Positions 7,912 through 17,244 of a stretch of 64,000 nucleotides of DNA are shown piece by piece. The DNA lies in the NCBI GenBank assembly GCA_022750435.1, contig JAKIVS010000001.1, positions 102,542-166,541 of the forward strand, given 5' to 3'. Every line of letters starts with the position of its first letter. Positions within the stretch are counted from its first letter, which is position 1. The stretch is from Thermoplasmata archaeon. Its GTDB lineage: Archaea > Thermoplasmatota > Thermoplasmata > Lutacidiplasmatales > UBA184. The translations under genes and the position numbers were made by a program. The notes under the pieces were generated by a model that saw nothing but the letters and a program-made list of their open reading frames with translations, searched no databases and was not told where the DNA came from.

Positions 7912-10900
7912 GTGAGGCAATCGACGGTTCGAGACGACTTTGGCGGCCTGCTCACTGTTAGCCCAAGATTGGGCCAAGGACCGCGGACTGCGGTCCTCGG
8001 AGGGCTGGTCATCGTCTTCCTACTGCTGACTTCTGGCTCGAACCCGACGTTTACGGTTCCAAACTCTTCGAGCGCACCTGGCACGGCCCTTGGCCCGGCC
8101 CCGGGGCCTGCCCACCTGGCGGCTCTCAACGACGGCGCCAGACTTCTCGCCGAGGCGGCGACCTCCCTTGCGGATGGAGCCAGTCCTGAAAGCGGCACCG
8201 GAGCACGCTGCGTCCCTAGCGGAGCCGTAGAGAGCTGCGCTCAGCCCGGCGATAACGACCCGTCGGCCCCCCCAGCCGCTCCCCCCGCTCCAAACTTTCC
8301 CCATACTCTGAGTCCCCCAGCGCGATACGGAGCCGCGATGTCGTTGTTCTTGAACGGAACCGACACGGGCGACTCAGCTTTCCAAGTGGTTCTATTCGGA
8401 GGGGCAAACTCATCGGGATACGTATTCAACGATACCTGGCAGTTCAACACGTCAACCGCGACTTGGTGGAACGTGACCCCGACGTTGCACTGCTCGGTTT
8501 CGACGTGCCCCGGACCGCGGCATGACGCCAAGGCTACGTGGGACTTTCGGGACAACTACTCGATCATGTTCGGAGGCTGCAGCGTTGCGTCGCCGCAGTG
8601 GGTCGAAGCGGTCCCCGGGTGTGGAACGGGTTCAGGTGATTTCCTGTCCGACACTTGGAGTTACTCCGATCCCGCAGGAGGATACGGTCATTGGACAAAG
8701 TTGCATCCGACCACCTCTCCAAGCGGCAGATTTGCCGAGGGTCTGGCTGATAACTACAGTACCTCGACGACGCCAACCCCAAATGCCACCGTCTACATGT
8801 TTGGCGGTTGCGGCGCGTCGGGCCCCCTGAATGACACCTGGGAGTTCATTGCGGGAAATTGGACAAATCTCGGGCTAACATTTCACCCGGCTGCTCGGTT
8901 TGGCATGGCCATGGCGTATGGGGCGGGCAACAGCTCCACCGTCCCTCCGCCTGTCCCGACGGGGGCCGGCTTGATCGCCCTTTTCGGAGGGTGTGAGGTG
9001 GCGTCCACCGGATGCGGCGGCGCAGGGGCGTCGGGCGCGGTCAACGATACCTGGCTCCTCTACAAGGGAGCGTGGCATCTCGCGATATTGGGTTCCTCCT
9101 GCAACACCGTGGTCGTCTGTCCGTCGCCTCGCTACCTGATGGGGGGGACACCGTTCAATCCTCCCTCCGGCACGTTGCATTCCTGGGGGCTGTTGATGTA
9201 CGGCGGGGCCGGGCCAGGCGGCATAATCCTGGGCAATGCATCAGAAGTCAAGGGCGGAGACTGGTTCTTCAGCGCGTCAAGTAATCCGGCAAGTTGGGCG
9301 CAAGTGACTTCGCTTCCGAATTACTTGAGCACCGCCCCGAACACCACTTCCTCGGGTTGGTACGGACCGGCCCCGGTCGGGCCGCCTGTTCCTCGCTACG
9401 ATCCCAACTTCGTCGGCAACCTGATGGACGGGGCCACCCTGTTCGGCGGTTCAAGCGCGTCTGGATCCTCGTTGGGGGACACTTGGGCCACCGCGGACTT
9501 CGGTTCGATCTTGTACAGCGGTTTGTTCTGGCCACCCCCTGCCCCCTCGGCCCAGTACGGCGGGACGATGGTGTACGACGCTCTCAACGGGTATGACGTT
9601 CTCTTTGGCGGTTGCGGAAACCACTGCGCAAATGCGTCGATCTGGAGCTTTACCGCCCACCAGTGGATGCCTTGGTCCGAGGTTACCCCTGCGGCGTCCT
9701 CGGCCGCGCGGTTTCCTGCTGGCCGGCTCAACGCGAGCATGATTTACTTCAACCAGGCAGGAACGGGACACGCCCGGCAGCAATCCGTGGTTTTGTTTGG
9801 GGGCCTCGCCTCGAACGGGACACTCTTGGGCGACACGTGGAACTACTCGAATGGAAAATGGACGAATCTCACTTCGACAATCGGCTTTTCACCCTCACCC
9901 CGAGAGAGCGCCGCGTTCGCTTACAATGGATCTGGGACTGTGGACTATGCGGTCCTGTTCGGGGGCCGAAACAGTACAGCCATCCTCGCAGACACCTGGC
10001 TATTGACGTGGTCCGGAGCGACCCAATCTTGGAGTTGGGCGCTCCAGACAACGCCGAGCGAACCGTCGGGTCTCCTTGCTGGCCGATACGGGGCTGTCAT
10101 GACCTACGATGCGAGAGATGGCGAGGTGGTCCTCTTCGGCGGGTGTGGGAGCACATGTCCACTGGGGGACACCTGGAGCTACGTGGGTGGAACTACCTGG
10201 TCCGAGTGCAGTTCGACCAGTTGTACGACTCACGGCCCTTCCGCGAGATGGGGCGCAGCGATGACGTTCGATGTTTACGATAATTTTGTCGTCATGTATG
10301 GTGGATGCGGCGTCACGTGTCCGCTCGGAGATACCTGGAAATTCTACGCAGATACCTGGACCCAACTCACGCCGACGACTTCACCTCCGGCCCGTTACAA
10401 CGCCGCGTTTTCGTACGACCTCGCAGGGGACTTCGCTTTCTTGGTCGGTGGGATTGGAACGCAGGGGAAAGTTCTCGGCGAGATGGGATGGGCCTTTCAG
10501 GTAAATGACTGGACGGTCGGGACGCTGACCAACCAGTTCCCACGGACGCCGGTCCCGTCGCCCAGATTTGGAGCCAGTTTGGCCTACAACACGACTGGGG
10601 GCTACGTACTCCTGTTCGGCGGTTGCCAGTTCACCTCATTCGGAGGATGCGGGCCCTTGGCGAACCAGGCAGACACGTGGGAGTACTCCAACGGTATGTG
10701 GACGGAGCTCTGCTCTAACTGTGGCCCGTCAGCCCGCTGGGACGCGTCCCTCGTCTTTGTCCTACCGACAAGCTCTGAAGGATACTTCCTACTAGTCGGT
10801 GGGTGTCCGGCCGTTTCATCCACCTGCTCTCCCGCTCATGTCCTCGACGACGTTTGGAAATTCTCAGGCACTTCCTGGGTCCTCCTGACCAGTACTCCTG

Positions 10901-11607
10901 GATTCGGCGCTCGAGCGGATGCCAGTATGGCGTTCGATCCCTCGGTCGGAGCCGGCGGCGGGGAGGTCGTCATCTTTGGGGGGATTGGAAATCCGCCACC
11001 GGGCGGTACCGGCGTCTGGGACAATTGCTACAGATTGTCCCTCGGCACCGGCACGTGGAGCAGCGTGACCGTCGCCTCCGGACTTTCGGGCAGGTTTGGC
11101 GCGGCCAGCACGTTCGACACAGCCACCCATGACATACTGCTTTTTGGAGGAGAGGCTTCTGGAGGCTCGGTCGACTCGGACACGTGGACGTTTACGACTG
11201 GCGGGGTTTGGACACAAGTCCACCCAACCTCGTCACCGCCACCTCTGTTCGACGAGTCGATGGCCTACGACGCCTTCGACGGGTACGTCCTCTTGTTCGG
11301 CGGTGCCTCAACAGGCGGTTTGCTGAAGCTGGCCAATTGGACATTTTCTGGTTCCGTCACGTGGACACAGATTCACCCAGCCGCCAGTCCAGGGGCGAGG
11401 TGGGGTGCTGAAATGATGTTCGATCCCGATGCAGGCCCGAATGGGTTCACCGTCCTGTTCGGTGGTTCCGCCGAACGCAACGGCTGGGTAAGCGGCACCG
11501 CAACGGAGGCGGCCGCGGGCCCGGGCCTCGGAGATACGTGGCAATATCTTGGGGAGCCCATCCCTACTGGGACTCCTGACTGGACGGAACTCAGCCTATA
11601 TGGCTAG
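7912..11607 (+). CDS. Large secreted kelch-repeat protein (18 repeats, about 3 beta-propellers); start uncertain
   Basis: Hydrophobic N-terminal segment AVLGGLVIVFLLL, 18 hh(F/Y/V)GG repeats mostly followed by DTW, many Cys pairs and N-x-S/T sequons. Confidence 0.85.
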   Translation: MRQSTVRDDFGGLLTVSPRLGQGPRTAVLGGLVIVFLLLTSGSNPTFTVPNSSSAPGTALGPAPGPAHLAALNDGARLLAEAATSLADGASPESGTGARCVPSGAVESCAQPGDNDPSAPPAAPPAPNFPHTLSPPARYGAAMSLFLNGTDTGDSAFQVVLFGGANSSGYVFNDTWQFNTSTATWWNVTPTLHCSVSTCPGPRHDAKATWDFRDNYSIMFGGCSVASPQWVEAVPGCGTGSGDFLSDTWSYSDPAGGYGHWTKLHPTTSPSGRFAEGLADNYSTSTTPTPNATVYMFGGCGASGPLNDTWEFIAGNWTNLGLTFHPAARFGMAMAYGAGNSSTVPPPVPTGAGLIALFGGCEVASTGCGGAGASGAVNDTWLLYKGAWHLAILGSSCNTVVVCPSPRYLMGGTPFNPPSGTLHSWGLLMYGGAGPGGIILGNASEVKGGDWFFSASSNPASWAQVTSLPNYLSTAPNTTSSGWYGPAPVGPPVPRYDPNFVGNLMDGATLFGGSSASGSSLGDTWATADFGSILYSGLFWPPPAPSAQYGGTMVYDALNGYDVLFGGCGNHCANASIWSFTAHQWMPWSEVTPAASSAARFPAGRLNASMIYFNQAGTGHARQQSVVLFGGLASNGTLLGDTWNYSNGKWTNLTSTIGFSPSPRESAAFAYNGSGTVDYAVLFGGRNSTAILADTWLLTWSGATQSWSWALQTTPSEPSGLLAGRYGAVMTYDARDGEVVLFGGCGSTCPLGDTWSYVGGTTWSECSSTSCTTHGPSARWGAAMTFDVYDNFVVMYGGCGVTCPLGDTWKFYADTWTQLTPTTSPPARYNAAFSYDLAGDFAFLVGGIGTQGKVLGEMGWAFQVNDWTVGTLTNQFPRTPVPSPRFGASLAYNTTGGYVLLFGGCQFTSFGGCGPLANQADTWEYSNGMWTELCSNCGPSARWDASLVFVLPTSSEGYFLLVGGCPAVSSTCSPAHVLDDVWKFSGTSWVLLTSTPGFGARADASMAFDPSVGAGGGEVVIFGGIGNPPPGGTGVWDNCYRLSLGTGTWSSVTVASGLSGRFGAASTFDTATHDILLFGGEASGGSVDSDTWTFTTGGVWTQVHPTSSPPPLFDESMAYDAFDGYVLLFGGASTGGLLKLANWTFSGSVTWTQIHPAASPGARWGAEMMFDPDAGPNGFTVLFGGSAERNGWVSGTATEAAAGPGLGDTWQYLGEPIPTGTPDWTELSLYG

Positions 11608-11853
11608 CCAAGCCTTCCCCTATAGGTGCGGGCCCCGGTTGTGCGAGGGGAGGCGCCCCTCCGGAACGGCACGGAGCATCAGGTTGAGGTGTCCTTGACT
11701 TCAGACGCGGGAGTCAGTCCGGAGGCGGCGCACATCTTCCCTCGAGGAACTGGGAGGGGCCCCTCGACCTTTCGGGCGGGGGGCAGGCGTCGAACTGAGA
11801 AACAGGATCGCAAGATTGCTTGTAATTCTTGGGTGGAGCAGCACGATAGGCCC

Positions 11854-14178
11854 ATGGTATCGAGGTCGCGATTCGGCCACCTCGTCGTCCTTTTCGCGTG
11901 CGTGGCGTCACTGGCATGCTCGGGGGGGGTTGGTATCGGCAGTTGGGGAAATGTTGTACGAGACGGCTCTCTAGGTGCTCCGGGTTACCTCAGTCTCCTC
12001 GCCGCGGGGTTAGGAAGTCCGGGGAGCGGAGTCCCGCCACACCTCGCCGAGCCCGCCGCAGTCGCTCGCTCGCAATCGGAAGGGTGGACGTTGTGGACTA
12101 ACTCGACCGACCCGCCGGCGAGGGAGAATTCCCGCCTCGTCGACTACCCCCCGGGCGATGGCGTACTGCTTTTCGGGGGCGTCGACGCGTGGAACAATCC
12201 CACGAACGACACTTGGCTCTTCCACGGCGGGACGTGGACGGAACTCTGCAGCGGAAACTCAACTGCGCCGACGTGTGCCTTATCGCCACCTGAGCTGGGG
12301 GACCCAGCGATGGCATACGACGCCGCGTCCGCGCAGGTGGTCCTCTTCGGGGGGAACGAGGCGAACTACACTTGGATCTTTCAGAATGGCACCTGGACGA
12401 ATCTGACGACCCCCGAGACACCGCCCGGTGGGACGGACCTCACTATGGCGTACGATGCGGCAATTCGCGCCGTGGTACTTGTGCCCTTGGACGGAACGAC
12501 CTGGACCTTCGCCAACAACTCGTGGACCCAGCAGCACCCCCTGAACTCACTGGGGAGCAGGCATTCCCGGGCATTCTTTTTCAATCAGCAGGATGGAGGA
12601 ATGATTTTCTGGGGGGGCATCGCGGGCGGACCCGTAACCAACGAGACTTGGGAGTATCGGGCCGACAACTGGACACAGCTCGCGCCCCCAACCTCCCCGC
12701 CCGCCGGACAAGCATTGGGATCTGCCGAGGACACCGAATTCAACTTCGGCGTCGTTCTCGGCATCGTCAGTGGTACGGGCGCGACAGCAGACAACACGAC
12801 CTGGACATTTGCAAACGGTACCTGGTCAAATGTGACGGCAACTTTTGGCACGCCACTTCCGGCGTCGGCCGGCTATCCTGGCCTGGGTTACGACTCTACC
12901 GATGGCTACGTTATTGAGTTCGGTGGAAACTGCGCCTGCTCCGCCTCGGCCGGCCAAACTTGGATACTCCGCGACCCATTGATTCTAAACGTGACGGCCT
13001 CGGCACGGGTTCGGGACTTGAGCCAGACCGTCAACTACTCGATTGCGATTCTGGGCGGCATCATGCCCTACTCGGTATCGTATCCAACAATGCCACCGGG
13101 TTGCCTTCAACCCACGAACTACTCCGTTGCCTTCACCCTCTCTTGCTCCTTGAACGAGACGGGTGCGTACTCCTTCACCGTCCACCTATCGGATGCCTAC
13201 GGATCCAAACTTACCCTCGTCTTCCCGCTCCAGGTCAATGCAGACCCGACGGTGAAGCTCGCCGCCTCACCGAACCCCACAACCGCGGGGATTCCGGTTC
13301 ACCTCGGGGCGACCATTGGTGGCGGCACCGCTCCCTCTCTCGGAAATTGGTCGATCGCCGACGGCCCGTCCGGAACCGCCCTCGACCTCAATGTGACGTT
13401 TGCCGCCCCAGGTTCCTACCCCGCAACGTATGGTGGGGTCGACGGTGCCGGGTATCCCTTTAACGCGACCGTTGAGGTCGAAGTCAACCCTGCGATCGGC
13501 CTGTCGGCAACCCTCTCCTCGAACGTCACCGACGTCGGTTTCCCGATCCTGCTGAGCGCCACCGCGTCCGGCGGAACTCCCCGCCTCGCCTACTCTTGGG
13601 CGTTCGGAGACGGGGAAACGGCCTCTACCAATATCTCGGTCCACTCGTACGGAGCCCCGGGCCGCTACTCTCCCCGCGTTTGGGCGAACGACTCCGTAGG
13701 TGGGGTCCGCACGACGACACTCCAAATCCAAGTGAATCCGGATCTCACGGCGAATGCGACCGTCAACGCGTCGAAGCCGATTCAAAACGGAAGTGTCGCC
13801 TTCCGGACCGTGGTTGCGGGCGGCACCGGTCCCGATACCTACTGGTGGAGCTTCGGAGACGGCACCTCGAGCCACTCGGCCGACCCGACCCACTCCTACT
13901 CCGTGACGGGGCCTCGGACGGCGACACTCCGTGTCAACGATTCCGTCGGAGGAAATCAGACCGTCCAGATCCCCCTCGACGTCGTCGCTCCCGCGACCGT
14001 CAACACATCCGTCCCTCCGCCCCCGTCCGGTAGTTCCGGCATTTCGACGGCCGACCTGGTCGTGTCCCTGGTAGGGGTCGGAGTAATCGGCATTGCCGTG
14101 GGCGTCTTGTTCGGCCGCGTCCGCCGGCCTCCGCCCCCGACCGAGGAAGATCCGGCCGCTCCGGTACGTGACCCCTGA
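11854..14178 (+). CDS. Cell-surface kelch plus PKD-domain protein with C-terminal TM anchor
   Basis: Signal-like N-terminus, LFGG...DTW repeats, PKD WxFGDG motifs, TM helix then RVRR. Confidence 0.88.
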   Translation: MVSRSRFGHLVVLFACVASLACSGGVGIGSWGNVVRDGSLGAPGYLSLLAAGLGSPGSGVPPHLAEPAAVARSQSEGWTLWTNSTDPPARENSRLVDYPPGDGVLLFGGVDAWNNPTNDTWLFHGGTWTELCSGNSTAPTCALSPPELGDPAMAYDAASAQVVLFGGNEANYTWIFQNGTWTNLTTPETPPGGTDLTMAYDAAIRAVVLVPLDGTTWTFANNSWTQQHPLNSLGSRHSRAFFFNQQDGGMIFWGGIAGGPVTNETWEYRADNWTQLAPPTSPPAGQALGSAEDTEFNFGVVLGIVSGTGATADNTTWTFANGTWSNVTATFGTPLPASAGYPGLGYDSTDGYVIEFGGNCACSASAGQTWILRDPLILNVTASARVRDLSQTVNYSIAILGGIMPYSVSYPTMPPGCLQPTNYSVAFTLSCSLNETGAYSFTVHLSDAYGSKLTLVFPLQVNADPTVKLAASPNPTTAGIPVHLGATIGGGTAPSLGNWSIADGPSGTALDLNVTFAAPGSYPATYGGVDGAGYPFNATVEVEVNPAIGLSATLSSNVTDVGFPILLSATASGGTPRLAYSWAFGDGETASTNISVHSYGAPGRYSPRVWANDSVGGVRTTTLQIQVNPDLTANATVNASKPIQNGSVAFRTVVAGGTGPDTYWWSFGDGTSSHSADPTHSYSVTGPRTATLRVNDSVGGNQTVQIPLDVVAPATVNTSVPPPPSGSSGISTADLVVSLVGVGVIGIAVGVLFGRVRRPPPPTEEDPAAPVRDP

Positions 14179-14395
14179 AGAGCTGGCCCGAAGGCGGCCA
14201 GGTCGGGGTCGCGAACCACGGCGAGAACGGCAGGGTTCCGTGCCGACTGTCGAGCGTGTGCCGACCTATGAGAAAGGCCCAGGGGTCCTCGGCACATTAG
14301 AATCGACGCGTCGGTCGGCACGCTTCGTTTCGCGCTTCGGAGGGGGTTGGCACGCTCACGCAGTTGGCCGCTCGGTAGTCCGGGGGCTGCACGTG

Positions 14396-14512
14396 GGTCG
14401 GACCATTACGGGTCCCATCGGCTCCGCATTCGTAGGACTGGCATACGATGACACGACCGATCAGATGTTCGTGACCGAGGTAAACAACGGCAAGGTCTAC
14501 GTGTTCAACTGA
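14396..14512 (+). pseudogene. Fragment of a YVTN/NHL-like beta-propeller protein
   Basis: GLAYDDTTDQMFVTEVNNGKVYVFN resembles a single propeller blade. No convincing start. Confidence 0.4.
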
Positions 14513-14775
14513 GTCAGTCGCTCGGAGAGGCGCGAGTCGGACGCTGCAAATGCTTGCAGTGACCCAATCGCTGAGGAAGAACTCATTTTGGGTCCATTTC
14601 TTCGTCCAAGAGATCTAGTGGGCTTCTGCCTGTAGACGCGTCCTCGCGGGGAACCGGGGGTCCGAGGACCCCCGGGAAGAGGTTGGCTCCTACTCGGTGG
14701 AGGACCGAGCCGGAGCGATACGGAGTCGGGGGGCGAGGTCGTCGAAAGAGCGCTTGGTCGGGGAGGGGGTCCGAA

Positions 14776-14791
14776 AAGGGCACGTCTCTGA
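14776..14791. repeat. Right terminal inverted repeat of the element
   Basis: AAGGGCACGTCTCTGA is 15/16 complementary to 3353-3368. Confidence 0.8.
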
Positions 14792-14804
14792 AGTGATGAC
14801 AAAG

Positions 14805-14825
14805 GATGGGCGAGCTGACCGCACC
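14805..14825 (+). repeat. attR core (21-bp direct repeat)
   Basis: Exact copy of 3332-3352. Confidence 0.9.
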
Positions 14826-14980
14826 CCAATCGGCTTCCGACCTGCCCTCCGTGGGCCCGAACGCTGTGAGGGTCCCACGTGAGAATTCGCACCGGCCCCC
14901 GGACGGCCCAGGGGGTTGACCCCCGCGAACTCGACGAAACCTTTTCCTCCCGGCCTCGGTGGGTGAGCCGGGTCGTTCTG

Positions 14981-16894
14981 ATGCCGGAGTCCGTCTCGGT
15001 CACCCTCCCCGACGGCTCCATTCGCTCCGTTCCGACAGGGACCGAGATTGGCAAGATCCTTCTTGCCTGGAATCCGGAAGGATTCCGGCGCTATGTCGCC
15101 GCGACTTGGAACGGGGTCGGCGTGGACCTTTCCCGTCCGGTCACGGCGGATGGCGTGGCCGCCCCGCTGACGTTCCAGGACCGCGCCGGTCGGGACATTC
15201 TTCAGCACTCGGCAGCTCATCTGGTTGCCAAGGCGCTCACCGAAGTGGTCCCCGGCGCGCTCCCCACGGCGGGCCCCCCGACCGAGGAGGGATTCTACTA
15301 CGACTTCGACGTCCGACCGCTGACTCCCGCGGACCTCGACGGGGTCCACGCCGCGATGGCGCGCGACGTCGCCAGCAACCTACCGTTCGACCGGTTGGAG
15401 GTCGACCGTCCCGAAGCCGTCGAGCTCGCCGGAGGCAACCGCCACAAGCAGCGGTACATCGAGGAGATCCCACCGGGGGAGACGGTCTCGTTCTACCGGA
15501 CGGGGAGCTTCCTCGACCTCTGTGCGGGGCCGCACGTCCCGTCGACGAAGTGGCTGGCGGGCGCGCACATCCTCGGCTTCTCGGCCATCACGGCCGGCGG
15601 AGAGAAGGATGGCGAGCCGCGCCAACGGATTCGCGGGATCGGGTTCCCCACGAAACCCGAACTCGAGGCCTACCTGAAACTGAGGGCCGCGGCCGAAGCG
15701 CGCGACCACCGCGTCCTTGGCCAGAAGCTCGAGTTGTTCTCGTTCTCGGACGAGGCGCCCGGATTCCCGTTCTGGCACCCGAACGGGATGGTCGTGATCC
15801 GCGAGCTCGAACGGTTCGTCACCGACCATTTCCTCGAGGACGGGTACCACGAGATCCGAACGCCGCTGCTGTTCGCGAAATCGGTGTTCGAGACGAGCGG
15901 CCACTGGGAACACTACCGTCAGAACATGTTCATCACGCTCGCCGACGACCGGGAGTTCGGCTGGAAGCCGATGAACTGCCCGGGATCCATGATGATCTTC
16001 CAGTCCCGGGCGAGGAGCTACCGGGAACTTCCACTCCGGTTGGCCGAGTTCGCTCCCCTCCACCGGCTCGAACCGAGCGGGACGCTCCACGGCATGACGA
16101 GGGTCCGGGAGTTCGTCCAGGACGACGCCCACCTGTTCGTCACGGAGGAGCAGATCGAGGAGGAGCTCGTCCGGCTCCTGAAATGGATCGACCGCGCGTA
16201 CACGACGTTCCGGTTCACCTGGAGCTACGAGCTGTCAAAGCGCCCCAGCCAGTTCCTCGGCGACGCGGCGGAATGGGACCGGGCGGAAACCGTCCTCGAA
16301 AAGGTCCTCAAGGCGTCGGGAATCGAGTACCGAGTCTCTGCGGGTGAGGGGGCGTTCTATGCACCGAAGATCGACATCCACATCCGGGACAGTCTCGGCC
16401 GTCCGTGGCAGACCGGAACGATCCAGCTCGATTACCAGATGCCCGCGCGCTTCGGCCTGGAGTACCAGGGCGCCGATGGTCATCTCCACCGACCGGTCGT
16501 CATTCACCGGACTATTCTCGGAAGCTGGGAGCGGTTCTTCGGCGTGCTTCTGGAACACTGCGACGGCCGTCTCCCACCGTGGCTCAGCCCGGTGCAGGTC
16601 CGGATCCTCCCGCTGGCCGACCGGCACGAGCCGGCTGCGGACCAACTCGCCGTACGACTCCGGAAATCGCATCTCCGCGTCGAACGCGCGGGGAGTGACG
16701 AGACGCTCTCCAAGAGGGTCCGTCAGGCGGAGATTGACCGGATCCCGTACCTGATCGTGCTCGGTGACCAGGAGGTCGCCAACGGAACGATTGCCCTCCG
16801 AATCCGGGGCGAGAAGGGCCAGAAGCTTCTCTCGGAACCGGACGCGATCGCCCGGATGTCGACCGCGGTCGAGCAGCGGGCGTTCGACCCTTAG
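14981..16894 (+). CDS. thrS: Threonine--tRNA ligase (bacterial type, TGS plus editing domain)
   Basis: VTLPDGS TGS start, HSAAHL, DLCAGPH, RDHRVLG, KPMNCP, GEGAFYAPKID, PPWLSPVQV. Confidence 0.97.
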   Translation: MPESVSVTLPDGSIRSVPTGTEIGKILLAWNPEGFRRYVAATWNGVGVDLSRPVTADGVAAPLTFQDRAGRDILQHSAAHLVAKALTEVVPGALPTAGPPTEEGFYYDFDVRPLTPADLDGVHAAMARDVASNLPFDRLEVDRPEAVELAGGNRHKQRYIEEIPPGETVSFYRTGSFLDLCAGPHVPSTKWLAGAHILGFSAITAGGEKDGEPRQRIRGIGFPTKPELEAYLKLRAAAEARDHRVLGQKLELFSFSDEAPGFPFWHPNGMVVIRELERFVTDHFLEDGYHEIRTPLLFAKSVFETSGHWEHYRQNMFITLADDREFGWKPMNCPGSMMIFQSRARSYRELPLRLAEFAPLHRLEPSGTLHGMTRVREFVQDDAHLFVTEEQIEEELVRLLKWIDRAYTTFRFTWSYELSKRPSQFLGDAAEWDRAETVLEKVLKASGIEYRVSAGEGAFYAPKIDIHIRDSLGRPWQTGTIQLDYQMPARFGLEYQGADGHLHRPVVIHRTILGSWERFFGVLLEHCDGRLPPWLSPVQVRILPLADRHEPAADQLAVRLRKSHLRVERAGSDETLSKRVRQAEIDRIPYLIVLGDQEVANGTIALRIRGEKGQKLLSEPDAIARMSTAVEQRAFDP

Positions 16895-16900
16895 TCGCGC

Positions 16901-17101
16901 CTAGCGCCGCGCGAACCGGGAGCCCCGTCGGGCCTGGCGCCGCGCCGCGAGGAACGTGGAATCGAGCTCGCTGCTTGTGGTCTGATGCTGGTCGCGAAGG
17001 TGGGCGCGCAACCTCGACAGCTCGATCGGCTGCCCGCACCGCGGGCACGGAACCCGGGTCCGACGTTCGGTGGCTACGTCCCGGGAACCGGTCGATTGCA
17101 T
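16901..17101 (-). CDS. Small C2H2-type zinc-finger protein
   Basis: CPRC-x12-HLRDQH with a basic tail. Confidence 0.6.
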   Translation of the reverse strand: MQSTGSRDVATERRTRVPCPRCGQPIELSRLRAHLRDQHQTTSSELDSTFLAARRQARRGSRFARR

Positions 17102-17244
17102 CCCGCCGGCTTTACGGTCGGCCCCATATAGAGTCGACCCGCTTCAGGAGAAGCGGCCGTTCTCGCCGGAGAACCGCTCCCGGTCCGCCGGGAACGCTTT
17201 AATATGCTTCCGGGAAACGCCCCCCCATCCAAATTGGGGTGTCG

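Larger units (their letters stand above)
3332..14825. mobile_element. Integrated element (about 11.5 kb) inserted in the 3' half of the box C/D sRNA gene
   Basis: Identical 21-bp GATGGGCGAGCTGACCGCACC at 3332-3352 and 14805-14825. Integrase adjacent to the left copy. The cargo is visibly less GC-rich than the flanks. Confidence 0.88.

Noticed and set aside
8380..11560. Recurring DNA motifs such as GACACCTGG and TTCGGCGG as a possible CRISPR or DGR array
   Set aside because: Explained by kelch protein repeats. No identical repeats with spacers, and no cas or reverse transcriptase gene in the window.
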